Made by a program: the position numbers and the translations under genes
From: Candidatus Methylomirabilota bacterium
GTDB lineage: Bacteria > Methylomirabilota > Methylomirabilia > Rokubacteriales > DASRDR01
Length of the DNA: 64,000 nucleotides
Direction: 5' to 3'
Assembly (NCBI GenBank): GCA_036558225.1
Contig: DATBGA010000121.1
Coordinates: forward strand, 4,076 to 68,075
Notes under the pieces: generated by a model
Seen by the model: only the letters and a program-made list of their open reading frames with translations
What the model was told of the DNA's origin: nothing
The model's database searches: none
Shown: positions 44,428-52,812 of the stretch, one piece after another
Layout: each line of letters opens with the position of its first letter
Position numbering within the stretch: position 1 is the first letter of the stretch

Positions 44428-45839
44428 TGACGGTCAATTACCGGGAGCGCATTCCCAACAACGTGCGCCTCCACGAGGACCGGCGCCTGCTGCGGGCCCT
44501 GGAGGAGTGGCAGCCGCGCTTTCTCCAGTGGTGGAATGACATGGGGCCTGAAGGCTTCCAGGCGCGGGACGTCTACCTGCGTACCGCGACGAGCGTGGAC
44601 GCCCAGGGATGGGCGCACTTCGACTACGTGCGGATGCCCGAGTACCGGTGGGGCATCTTCCTGGCCGAGCCGGAGCCCGCTCGCGCGATCGGGTTCGGCG
44701 CGCACCGGGGCCAGCCGGCCTGGCAGGACGTGCCGGGCGAGTATCGCGGCACGCTGCGGCGGCTGATCGTGACCCAAGGAGACACCGAGCCAGCGTCGGT
44801 CGAGCAGCAGCATCAGCTGGGGCGGACGTGCCCGTCGCTGTACGACCTCCGCAACCTCTTCCAGGTCAACGTGGAGGAAGGCCGGCATCTGTGGGCCATG
44901 GTCTACCTGCTCCACGCGCACTTCGGGCGCGACGGCCGCGAAGAGGCCGAGGCGCTCCTCCAGCGCCACTCGGGCGATCCGGACAAGCCGCGCATCCTGG
45001 GCGCGTTCAACGAGAAGACCCCCGACTGGCTCTCGTTCTTCATGTTCACCTACTTCACCGACCGGGACGGGAAGTACCAGCTGGCGAGCCTCGCCGAGAG
45101 CGGATTCGATCCGCTCTCCCGCACCTGCCGCTTCATGCTGACCGAGGAAGCGCACCACATGTTCGTCGGGGAAACTGGCCTGGGGCGGGTCGTCCAGCGG
45201 ACCTGCGAGGTGATGCGGGAGCACTCCACGGAAGACGTCCGGAAGCACGGGGCCATCGATCTGGCGACGATCCAGCGCTACCTGAACTTCCACTTCTCCG
45301 TCTCGATCGACTTGTTCGGGGGGGAGATCTCGACCAACGCCGCCAACTTCTACACAGCGGGGCTGAAGGGTCGGTTCGAAGAGGGCAAGAAGACCGACGA
45401 TCACGTGCTCGCGCAGGCCCGGTACCCAGTGGCCGAGCTGGACGGCGACCGCATCGTGACGCGGGAGGAGCCGGCACTGACCTCGCTGAACGAGCGGCTC
45501 CGCGATGACTACGTCGCGGACTGCCAGCGCGGCGTCGACCGCTGGAACCAGATCATCCGGAAGCACGGGGTCGACTTCGAGCTCCTGCTACCCCATCGGG
45601 GCTTTCACCGGGCGATCGGAGCGTTCGCCGAGGCGCGGGTGTCGCCGGACGGCCGGGTGGTGAGCCAGGCCGAGTGGGACGCCCGGCACGGCGAGTGGCT
45701 CCCGACCGAGAGCGACAAGGCCTTCGTCCAGAGCGTCATGGTCCCGGTCGTCGAGCGGGGGAAGTTCGCGGGCTGGATCGCGCCCCCCGCCCGCGGCATC
45801 AACGGGAATCCCGTCGACTACGAGTACGTCCGGAGCTAG
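44427..45839 (+). CDS. boxB: Benzoyl-CoA 2,3-epoxidase (oxygenase) subunit BoxB
   Basis: The ATG overlaps the boxC stop (TGATGA). It has MTVNYRERIPNNVRLHEDRRLLRALEEWQPRFLQWWNDMGP and diiron-type EEGRH / EEAHH motifs. Only the last 470 codons of the listed ORF 42159-45839 are genic. Confidence 0.85.
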   Translation: MTVNYRERIPNNVRLHEDRRLLRALEEWQPRFLQWWNDMGPEGFQARDVYLRTATSVDAQGWAHFDYVRMPEYRWGIFLAEPEPARAIGFGAHRGQPAWQDVPGEYRGTLRRLIVTQGDTEPASVEQQHQLGRTCPSLYDLRNLFQVNVEEGRHLWAMVYLLHAHFGRDGREEAEALLQRHSGDPDKPRILGAFNEKTPDWLSFFMFTYFTDRDGKYQLASLAESGFDPLSRTCRFMLTEEAHHMFVGETGLGRVVQRTCEVMREHSTEDVRKHGAIDLATIQRYLNFHFSVSIDLFGGEISTNAANFYTAGLKGRFEEGKKTDDHVLAQARYPVAELDGDRIVTREEPALTSLNERLRDDYVADCQRGVDRWNQIIRKHGVDFELLLPHRGFHRAIGAFAEARVSPDGRVVSQAEWDARHGEWLPTESDKAFVQSVMVPVVERGKFAGWIAPPARGINGNPVDYEYVRS

Positions 45840-45842
45840 CCG

Positions 45843-46397
45843 GTGTCCCTCGGGGCGCGGATCCGCGGGCTCCGGACGGATCGCGGCATCCGCCAGAAGG
45901 CCCTCGCGGAGACGGCCGGCCTCACGCCCAGCCTCGTCTCCCAGATCGAGTCCGACAAGCTCACCCCGTCCCTTCACACGCTCGGGCGGCTGGCCGGCGC
46001 CCTCGGGGTCCCCATCGCCCAGTTCTTCGAGCAGCCGCCGAATGGGCAGCTCCACGTGGGCCGGCGGAAGGACTACGCCGTGGTCAGCTTCGACGGCTCG
46101 AGCGAGCGCTGGGAGGTCCTGGCGGCCGGTCTCTTCCGGGGCAAGGTGCGCGCCGTCGTCTCGACGCTCGGGGGGCGGGGCGCGAGCGTGCCGCCCGAGC
46201 GCGTCCTGATCGAGCCGGGACAGATGAAGCTCATGTACGTCCTCGAGGGGAAGGTCGCCCTCCAGTACAACGGCGCGCGGCATGTCCTCGAGGCCGGCGA
46301 TTCCGCCTACCTCGACGGCGGCGTTCCGCACACGTGGGAGAACGTCGGGTCGGGGACCGCGCGGACGCTCTGGGTCATCACGGGCAAGGACGCGTGA
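45843..46397 (+). CDS. XRE-family HTH regulator with C-terminal cupin domain
   Basis: IRGLRTDRGIRQKALAETAGLTPSLVSQIESDK is an HTH_3-type helix-turn-helix. The C-terminal cupin contains GDSAYLDGGVPHTWEN. Confidence 0.85.
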   Translation: MSLGARIRGLRTDRGIRQKALAETAGLTPSLVSQIESDKLTPSLHTLGRLAGALGVPIAQFFEQPPNGQLHVGRRKDYAVVSFDGSSERWEVLAAGLFRGKVRAVVSTLGGRGASVPPERVLIEPGQMKLMYVLEGKVALQYNGARHVLEAGDSAYLDGGVPHTWENVGSGTARTLWVITGKDA

Positions 46398-46405
46398 GCC
46401 CCCGA

Positions 46406-47353
46406 GTGAAGGCCGTCCGGTCCGGTGCTCGGAGCCGCTTCGCGGACGAGCGTCGCGTCGTGAGGGGGATCGAGGTCGTGCTCGTCGACGCTTTCACGTC
46501 GACGCCCTTCACGGGGAACCCTGCCGGCGTGGTGCCGGACGCGACGGGCCTGGACGACGCCGCGATGCGGGCGGTCGCCGCGGAGTTGGCGCGGCCGGCG
46601 ACCGCCTTCCTCGGACCGGCGGCAGGCGGCGGCGAGCGCGGGCTCCGCTGGTTCTCGCCGACCGGGATCGAGCTGACGTTCTGCGGCCACGGCACGGTGG
46701 CGGCGGCCCACGTGCTCGCCGCGCGCGGAGAGGCTCCGGGCGGCCGGCTCGTCTTCGCGGCCCCGCGCCACCGCCTGGCGATCACCTTGGAGGGGGCCGA
46801 GACCTCCCGGACCGCGTGGCTCGAGCCCGACTGCCCGCGCTGGACGCCGGAGAGCGGCGATCTCTCGCCGTTCCTCTCGACCCTCGGGCTCCCGGCGGAG
46901 GGCGTCGCCCGGTGGGCGCCGCCCGCGCGCACCGCGGAGCACGATCTCCTGATCCCGGTTGCCAGGCTCGACGCGCTCCGGACGCTGGCGCCCGATCTCA
47001 GCGGGCTCGGGCGGATTGCGAGGGACCGCGGAGTCCGCGGCGTCGTCCTCACGACGCGTGAGACCCGCGAGGCCGGCGCGTTCACCCACAGCCGGAACTT
47101 CATCCCGCACTTCGGGATCCCGGAGGACTACGCGACCGGCTCCTCGCACGCGGCCATCGGCGTGTGGCTCTGGGAGGCCGGCGTCCTCCCGGCTGCCGAC
47201 GGCGTCGCCCGGTTCCGCGCGGAGCAGGGCGACTTCGCGGGCCGACCCGGACGGCTCGCCGTCGAGGTGCACGGGGTCCCCGGCCGCGCGACCCGCGTCC
47301 GGGTCGGCGGGCAGGCGGCCATCGTGCTGACGGGTCGGCTCACCCTTCCGTGA
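46406..47353 (+). CDS. PhzF-family isomerase-like protein
   Basis: VDAFTSTPFTGNPAGVV...ELARPATAFL...RWFSPTGIELTFCGHGTVAAAHVL is typical of PhzF/YddE. The start is uncertain (GTG 46406). Confidence 0.75.
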   Translation: MKAVRSGARSRFADERRVVRGIEVVLVDAFTSTPFTGNPAGVVPDATGLDDAAMRAVAAELARPATAFLGPAAGGGERGLRWFSPTGIELTFCGHGTVAAAHVLAARGEAPGGRLVFAAPRHRLAITLEGAETSRTAWLEPDCPRWTPESGDLSPFLSTLGLPAEGVARWAPPARTAEHDLLIPVARLDALRTLAPDLSGLGRIARDRGVRGVVLTTRETREAGAFTHSRNFIPHFGIPEDYATGSSHAAIGVWLWEAGVLPAADGVARFRAEQGDFAGRPGRLAVEVHGVPGRATRVRVGGQAAIVLTGRLTLP

Positions 47354-47381
47354 GGAGGGCCGCGCGGGGGATCGCCGAATC

Positions 47382-48728
47382 ATGACCCGCCCGGATCCGG
47401 CGAGCGACGTCCCGTTTCTCGAGCGCGCGCGGGAGACGGCGCCCCCCGAGACGCTTCGACGGTGGCAGTGGGAGCGGCTCGCCGCCGGGATCTCCGAGGT
47501 CTGGAGCTCGAACGCCTTCTGGCGGGAGCGTCTCCATGCGGCCGGCGTGCGCGACCCGCGCGACGTCGGGTCCTGGGACGACTTCGCCCGGCTGCCGCGG
47601 CTCACCAAGGCAGAGCTGGCCGCCGACCAGGCGGCGCACCCGCCGTTCGGCACGAACCACACCCACCCGCTCGACCGCTACGTGCGCGTGTTCCAGACGT
47701 CGGGCACCACGGGGCGACCCATCCGGTGGCTCGAGACCGATGCCTCGTGGGCGTGGTGGGCTCGGTGCTGGGCCTTCGTGTTCCGCGGCGCGGGGCTGGG
47801 TCCGCAGGACCGCCTCTTCTTCCCGTTCTCGTTCGGCCTCTTCGTTGGCTTCTGGGCCGGGCTGGAGGGCGCCCGGGTCCTCGGCGCGATGGCCATTCCC
47901 GGCGGCGGCCAGGACTCGCCGACCCGCCTCCACGCGATGCGGGAGCTCGGCGCCACGGCCCTCGTGTGCACGCCGTCGTACGGGCACCACCTCGCCGAGG
48001 TCGCGCGGGCCCAGGGCGTGGAGCCCGCGACGCTCGGCGTCCGGACGACGGTCCACGCGGGGGAGCCGGGCGCCGGCATTCCCGCGGTGCGGCGGCGCCT
48101 CGAGACGCTGTGGGGGGCGCGGGCGTACGACCACGCGGGCATGACGGAGGTGGGCGCCTACGGGTTCGAGTGCGTGGCGCAGGCGGGGCTCCACGTGAAC
48201 GAGCTCGAGTTCATCGCCGAGATCCTCGAGCCGGAGAGCGGCCGGCCGGTGGCGCCGGGCGAGATCGGCGAGCTGACGCTCACGAACCTCGGCCGCTGGG
48301 GGGCGCCGGTCCTCCGGTATCGCTCGGGCGACCGCGTGCGCGTCGCCCCGGCCGCGTGCGCGTGCGGCCGCACCTTCGCGCGCCTCGAGGGCGGCATCCT
48401 TGGCCGGGTCGACGACATGCTCGTCGTCCGCGGCGTCAACGTGTTCCCGTCGGCGCTGGAGGGAATCGTCCGGCGCTTCCCCGCGGTCGACGAGTTCCAG
48501 ATCGAGGTGTTCCGCCGCGGAGCCCTGGACGAGGTGCGGCTCCTGCTCGAGATCGGCGGCAACGCGGGACTCGGAGAGGGCGGGCGGGCGACGGTCGACG
48601 GGGTCGCCGAGGCCGTCCGCCGTGACCTGGGGATCCGGGTCGAGGTCGCCGCCGTGCCCGCCCGGACCCTGCCGCGCTACGAGCTGAAGGCCCGGCGCGT
48701 CGTGCGGCGGGAGGAGCCGGGACGCTGA
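47382..48728 (+). CDS. Phenylacetate-CoA ligase family (PaaK/F390-synthetase-like) adenylate-forming enzyme
   Basis: It has LPRLTKAEL and FQTSGTTGRPI (P-loop), at a PaaK-like length (448 aa), with a C-terminal RVDDMLVVRGVNVFP motif. Confidence 0.82.
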   Translation: MTRPDPASDVPFLERARETAPPETLRRWQWERLAAGISEVWSSNAFWRERLHAAGVRDPRDVGSWDDFARLPRLTKAELAADQAAHPPFGTNHTHPLDRYVRVFQTSGTTGRPIRWLETDASWAWWARCWAFVFRGAGLGPQDRLFFPFSFGLFVGFWAGLEGARVLGAMAIPGGGQDSPTRLHAMRELGATALVCTPSYGHHLAEVARAQGVEPATLGVRTTVHAGEPGAGIPAVRRRLETLWGARAYDHAGMTEVGAYGFECVAQAGLHVNELEFIAEILEPESGRPVAPGEIGELTLTNLGRWGAPVLRYRSGDRVRVAPAACACGRTFARLEGGILGRVDDMLVVRGVNVFPSALEGIVRRFPAVDEFQIEVFRRGALDEVRLLLEIGGNAGLGEGGRATVDGVAEAVRRDLGIRVEVAAVPARTLPRYELKARRVVRREEPGR

Positions 48729-48803
48729 CGTCCGCCATCCCACCGGCCGACGTCTGCCGGTCGCGACAGGCCACCCCACGCCGATCCCAGGCGTCATCGC
48801 ACT

Positions 48804-48824
48804 CGCCATGGCCGACGCCATGGC
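48804..48824. promoter_or_regulatory. Two direct copies of CGCCATGGC (each containing the palindrome GCCATGGC) spaced 12 bp apart
   Basis: The copies lie at 48804-48812 and 48816-48824, about 30 nt upstream of the ATG at 48854. This may be a regulator site. Confidence 0.25.
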
Positions 48825-48853
48825 GCGCGCCAGGGCTTGTGAAGGAGACCCGA

Positions 48854-49867
48854 ATGCCCGCGCCCCTCAAGGTCCTTGTCGTGCCGTCACTCCTGGCGAA
48901 TCGGCCGTCTCCGTATCTCACGCACCTCGAGGCCGCGGGCCTCGAGGTGCTGCGCAGCCCGCTGGGGCGACCATACGGCGAGGCCGAGCTGATCGAGGGG
49001 CTGCGCGGCGTGTTCGCGACGGTTGCCGGCATCGAGCCGTACACGGAGCGCGTGCTGCGCGAGGCGCCGGACCTCGAGGTGATCGCGCGCTTCGGGGTGG
49101 GCTACGATCAGATTGACGTCCCGGCGGCGACCCGTAATGGCGTCTACGTCGCCATGGCGTTCGGCGGGAACCACGAGACGGTCGCGGATCTCGCCGTGAC
49201 GCTGATGGGCGCCGTCGCCCGGAACGTCGTCGTCTACCACCAGCGCGTGACGGCGGGGGGCTGGGGGTGGGAGTTCCGGCAGGGGCTCTGGCGGGCCACG
49301 GTCGGGATCGTGGGGCTCGGGCGGATCGGACGAGCGGTGGCGCGGCGCTGCCGCGCCTACGAGATGCGTGTCCTGGCCCACGACACGGCGCCCGATCCCG
49401 CGTACGCGGGGAGCCACGGCGTCGAGCTCACGTCGCTCGAGCGACTTCTTGCCGAGTCGGACTTCGTCACGCTGCACGCGCCGCATACGCCCGAGACCGA
49501 CCGGCTCATCAATGCCGCGCGTCTCCGGCTCATGAAGCCGACCGCGGTCCTGATCAACACCGCGCGTGGTGGGCTCGTGGACGAGGACGCCCTCCACGAG
49601 GCGCTCCTGGCCCGGCGGATCGCCGGCGCCGGGCTCGACGTCTTCCGCCGCGAGCCGCCGACCGGCTCGCCGCTCCTCACCCTCGACAACGTCGTCCTCA
49701 CGCCGCACGCGGCGGGATCGGACCTGGCCTCCGAGGCGGCGACGGGACAATGCTGCGTGGACTCGATCCTCGCCGTGGCGCGCGGCGGCGCGCCGTCACC
49801 GGCGCTGCTGCTGAATCCGGACGCGGCCGCCGTCGCCCGAACCCGCCGCCGTCGCCCCTCGCCCTGA
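48854..49867 (+). CDS. D-isomer-specific 2-hydroxyacid dehydrogenase family protein
   Basis: The start is set at ATG 48854 (AAGGAGA 5 nt upstream). It has the NAD motif VGIVGLGRIGRAVARR, NTARGGLVDE and TPHAAG. Confidence 0.85.
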   Translation: MPAPLKVLVVPSLLANRPSPYLTHLEAAGLEVLRSPLGRPYGEAELIEGLRGVFATVAGIEPYTERVLREAPDLEVIARFGVGYDQIDVPAATRNGVYVAMAFGGNHETVADLAVTLMGAVARNVVVYHQRVTAGGWGWEFRQGLWRATVGIVGLGRIGRAVARRCRAYEMRVLAHDTAPDPAYAGSHGVELTSLERLLAESDFVTLHAPHTPETDRLINAARLRLMKPTAVLINTARGGLVDEDALHEALLARRIAGAGLDVFRREPPTGSPLLTLDNVVLTPHAAGSDLASEAATGQCCVDSILAVARGGAPSPALLLNPDAAAVARTRRRRPSP

Positions 49868-49957
49868 GCCGGGCCGCGATCCGGTGGCCCTCTCCGATCT
49901 CCAGGTCGGCGCCAGGCTCGTCGCGCGGCTCCCGAGCTTCCTCCCCGTCCGATCGGG

Positions 49958-50503
49958 GTGGACGAGGCGCGACGCGCGCTGACGCAGCGCTTCGCGAGCC
50001 GCGGCGCGACCTTCCTCGAGCTCGCCCGGCGCACCGTCTACGCGAGCGCCACGAGCCCCTACGCGCGACTCCTTCGTCACGCAGGATGCGGGTACGCGGA
50101 CCTCGAGCATCTGGTCCGAGCGGACGGCGTGGAGGGGGCGCTGCGTCGGCTGCTGGACGGCGGGCGTCTATCTGACGGCATCCCAGCTCCGGGGCGACCA
50201 AGCCGGTCCGACGCGGCGGACTGACGATCGAGGTCACTATGCCGCCATCGAGAGGAGAGGCCTGACGGGCAGTCGCGACTTCGCCTGCTCGTGCATCCGG
50301 ACGTCGGCCCCGTCGAGTCGGGCGCGGTGACGGAGGCCTTCCTCTCGGCCCTCGGGGAGCCGGGCCGCGCCGGCCGCGTGATGGCGCTGGTGTGGCGCGC
50401 GGCCGAGATCCTCGAGGTGGAGCGTGGCGCCCCGCGGACCACGCCGGCCGGCAAGGTGCTCCACGTCCACCGGATCTCGCGGGGACGCAACGGATCGATG
50501 TGA
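49958..50503 (+). pseudogene. Probable decayed remnant of a PaaK/F390-synthetase-like gene (frameshifted and internally deleted)
   Basis: The N-terminal-like piece is ...SPYARLLRHAGCGYADLEHLVRADGVEGALRRLLDGG. It continues in another frame as GVYLTASQLRG. A C-terminal-like piece (...TTPAGKVLHVHR) lies in a third ORF. Only ~180 codons remain where ~430 are expected. Similarity is judged from memory. Confidence 0.3.
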
Positions 50504-50573
50504 CCCGCGCGGGTGGCCCCCGAGCCGCGCGCCGCAGCCGGGAGTCGCGGGCCGCCCGTTCCGAAGCCGGGTG

Positions 50574-50579
50574 TATAGT
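50574..50579 (+). promoter_or_regulatory. -10-like hexamer TATAGT (context gTGTATAGTg) 10 nt upstream of the ThiS-like ATG
   Basis: The TGTATA(A/G)T context is the same as upstream of prcB, and no SD intervenes. Confidence 0.3.
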
Positions 50580-50589
50580 GAGGGCCGCC

Positions 50590-50790
50590 ATGAAGATCGT
50601 CCTCCGCAACCAGGGCCGCGAGGTCGAGCTGAGCGGCCGTCGCCGGGTGCGGGAGGTCCTCGCCGAGCTGGGCGTTCTCCCCGAGACCGTGCTCGTGATC
50701 CGGGGGCGGGATCTGCTCACGATCGATGAGGTCGTCGCCGAGGACGACGTCGTGGAGCTCCGGCCGGTCATCTCCGGGGGCCGCTCGTGA
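50590..50790 (+). CDS. ThiS/MoaD-family ubiquitin-like sulfur carrier (TtuB-like) ending GG-RS
   Basis: 66 aa: MKIVLRNQGREVELSGRRRVREVLAELGVLPETVLVIRGRDLLTIDEVVAEDDVVELRPVISGGRS. It has beta-grasp length and pattern. Its TGA overlaps the GTG of the downstream PP-loop thiolase gene. Confidence 0.7.
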   Translation: MKIVLRNQGREVELSGRRRVREVLAELGVLPETVLVIRGRDLLTIDEVVAEDDVVELRPVISGGRS

Positions 50791-51809
50791 AGTGCCGGAA
50801 GTGCGGCGGCCGGGCCGTGCTGGAGCTCCGGCGCCACAACACGGCCTTCTGCGGGCCCGACTTCCTGGACTTCTTCCGGCACCACGTGCTGGAGACGGTC
50901 CGGCGGTGGCGGATGCTCACGCGCGACGAATCGGTCCTGGTCGCGGTGTCGGGCGGGAAGGACTCCCTGGCCCTCTGGGACGTGCTCCACGACGCCGGCT
51001 ACCGGACCACCGGCCTCTACATCGACCTCGGGATCCTCGACTACTCGCGCGCCTCGAAGGCCCGGTGCGAGGCGTTCGCCGCCGAGCGGGGGCTCGAGCT
51101 GCGCGTCGTGGCCGTGGCCGACGAGGTGGGCGCGCCGATCCCCGCCGTGCGGGACGTCACCCGGCGGCCGACGTGCTCGGCCTGCGGGCTCTCGAAGCGC
51201 TACATCATGAACCGCGCCGCGATGGAAGGCGGATTCCCGGTGGTCGCCACCGGGCACAATCTCGACGACGAGGCCGCGACCCTGTTCGGCTCCACGCTGC
51301 GCTGGGACGAGTCGGCGCTCGCGCGACAGATGCCGGTCCTCGGGGCCACGCATCCGAGGCTCGCGCGCCGGGTCAAGCCGCTCTTCCGGATGAGCGAGCG
51401 CGAGACCGCCGCCTACGCCTTCCTCCGCGGCATCGACTACATCGTGGAGGAGTGCCCCTTCGCGCGGGGCGCGACGTCGATCACGCACAAGGAGCTGCTC
51501 AATCGCCTCGAGGACACGTCGCCCGGCTCCAAGGCGATGTTCGTCCAGGGATTCCTCGACAAGGCGCGCGGGCTCTTCCAGGAGCGCGAGGCCGTCACGC
51601 TCCTCGAGTGCGTCCGCTGCGGCCAGACCACGACCGGCGAGGTGTGCGCCTTCTGCAAGCTCCGTGACCAGGTGAAGCGCGGAGTCCGCCCGGCGCCGCG
51701 CCGCGCCGGTGCCGACCCCGGCTCCGGCTCATCGGAGTCCCAGGACCCACCGGCTGCGCGCGGGCTCATCTCGGACCTTCACGCGGCGTCCGAGATCCAC
51801 GCGCCCTGA
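50787..51809 (+). CDS. ttuA: TtuA/NcsA-type tRNA 2-thiolation PP-loop ATPase
   Basis: It has an N-terminal zinc finger (CRKCGG...FCGPDF), the PP-loop SGGKDS, a central CSACG Fe-S ligand region, GHNLDDE and a C-terminal CVRCG...CAFC zinc finger. Confidence 0.8.
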   Translation: MKCRKCGGRAVLELRRHNTAFCGPDFLDFFRHHVLETVRRWRMLTRDESVLVAVSGGKDSLALWDVLHDAGYRTTGLYIDLGILDYSRASKARCEAFAAERGLELRVVAVADEVGAPIPAVRDVTRRPTCSACGLSKRYIMNRAAMEGGFPVVATGHNLDDEAATLFGSTLRWDESALARQMPVLGATHPRLARRVKPLFRMSERETAAYAFLRGIDYIVEECPFARGATSITHKELLNRLEDTSPGSKAMFVQGFLDKARGLFQEREAVTLLECVRCGQTTTGEVCAFCKLRDQVKRGVRPAPRRAGADPGSGSSESQDPPAARGLISDLHAASEIHAP

Positions 51810-51823
51810 GGGGCGCGCCCGCC

Positions 51824-52645
51824 GTGGCTCGGCCGCCCCGCCTCGACAGCAACCAGGTCGTGTTCGTCGGCACGGGCGGCGGCCGCATGACGACGGCGTT
51901 CCAGGCCCGCGCGACGGGGGGCCTGTGGGTCTGCCTCGATGGGATCTGGGTGTGCGTCGATCCGGGTCCCGGCGCGCTGGCGCACGCGCGGGGACGCGCG
52001 CTCGGCCTCGACCCGGGCGTCCTCGATGCCATCGTCCTGACTCACAAGCACCTCGATCACTCGGGCGACGTCAACGCGATGATCGAGGCGATGACGCAGG
52101 GCGGGACGAAGAAGCGAGGCCTGGTCCTCGCGCCGCGCGACGCGTACGAAGACGATCCGGTGATCCTCAGGTACGTGCGGAGTTACCCGGCGGCCATGGA
52201 GACGCTCGAGCCTGGCGGCCGGTATCCGCTCGGCGGCGACAGCGGCCCGGTCCTGGAGACCCCCATTCGCCTGAAGCACCCGGTCGAGACCTACGGTCTT
52301 CGCTTCGTGGGTCGACGGTGGACGGTGGGGCTCGTCTCGTGCACGGGATACCTGCCGGAGATCGAGACGGCCCTCTCCGCGGACGTCCTGATCCTGAACG
52401 TCGTCTATCGCGAGCCGCGGGACGAGATCCACCTGGCCGTGCCCGACGCGCGCCAGCTCATCGGCGCCATGCGGCCGCGCCTGGCGATCCTCACGCATTT
52501 CGGGCTGACCATGCTGAGGGCGCGCCCCTGGGAGCTGGCCGAGACGCTCTCGCGCGAGACGGGGGCCCGCGTGCTCGCCGCCCGCGACCGCTGGCGGCTC
52601 GACCTCGACGCCGAGCTGGGAGGGGACGGCCAGCCGGGATCGTGA
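51824..52645 (+). CDS. MBL-fold metallo-hydrolase
   Basis: It has the HxHxDH motif in LTHKHLDHSGD, and GTGGGR near the N-terminus. Confidence 0.75.
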   Translation: MARPPRLDSNQVVFVGTGGGRMTTAFQARATGGLWVCLDGIWVCVDPGPGALAHARGRALGLDPGVLDAIVLTHKHLDHSGDVNAMIEAMTQGGTKKRGLVLAPRDAYEDDPVILRYVRSYPAAMETLEPGGRYPLGGDSGPVLETPIRLKHPVETYGLRFVGRRWTVGLVSCTGYLPEIETALSADVLILNVVYREPRDEIHLAVPDARQLIGAMRPRLAILTHFGLTMLRARPWELAETLSRETGARVLAARDRWRLDLDAELGGDGQPGS

Positions 52646-52649
52646 CGAG

Positions 52650-52683
52650 GCGAGCCGGGCGCTTCACCGCATGCCCGGCTCGC
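52650..52683 (+). terminator. Perfect 11-bp hairpin after the MBL hydrolase gene
   Basis: GCGAGCCGGGC-12 nt-GCCCGGCTCGC begins 4 nt after the stop. The T tract afterwards is weak (GCGTTCC). Confidence 0.4.
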
Positions 52684-52812
52684 GCGTTCCTGCGTGACCC
52701 CCAACGGCTGCCGCAGCCGCCGGGGAGCCGGCCACGAACCCCCTTCGTCTCCGCCCAGCGTCAGCCGGGAACGGACGGTGCGAGATGAGGCTCGGGGCCG
52801 GCCCTCGGCTCC

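Noticed and set aside
50590-50790. The ThiS-like 66-aa protein as the missing Pup
   Set aside because: It has a beta-grasp-like hydrophobic pattern and ends GG-RS. Pup is an acidic, disordered or helical protein ending GGQ/GGE. This ORF is also translationally coupled to a TtuA-type thiolase, which points to a sulfur-carrier role.
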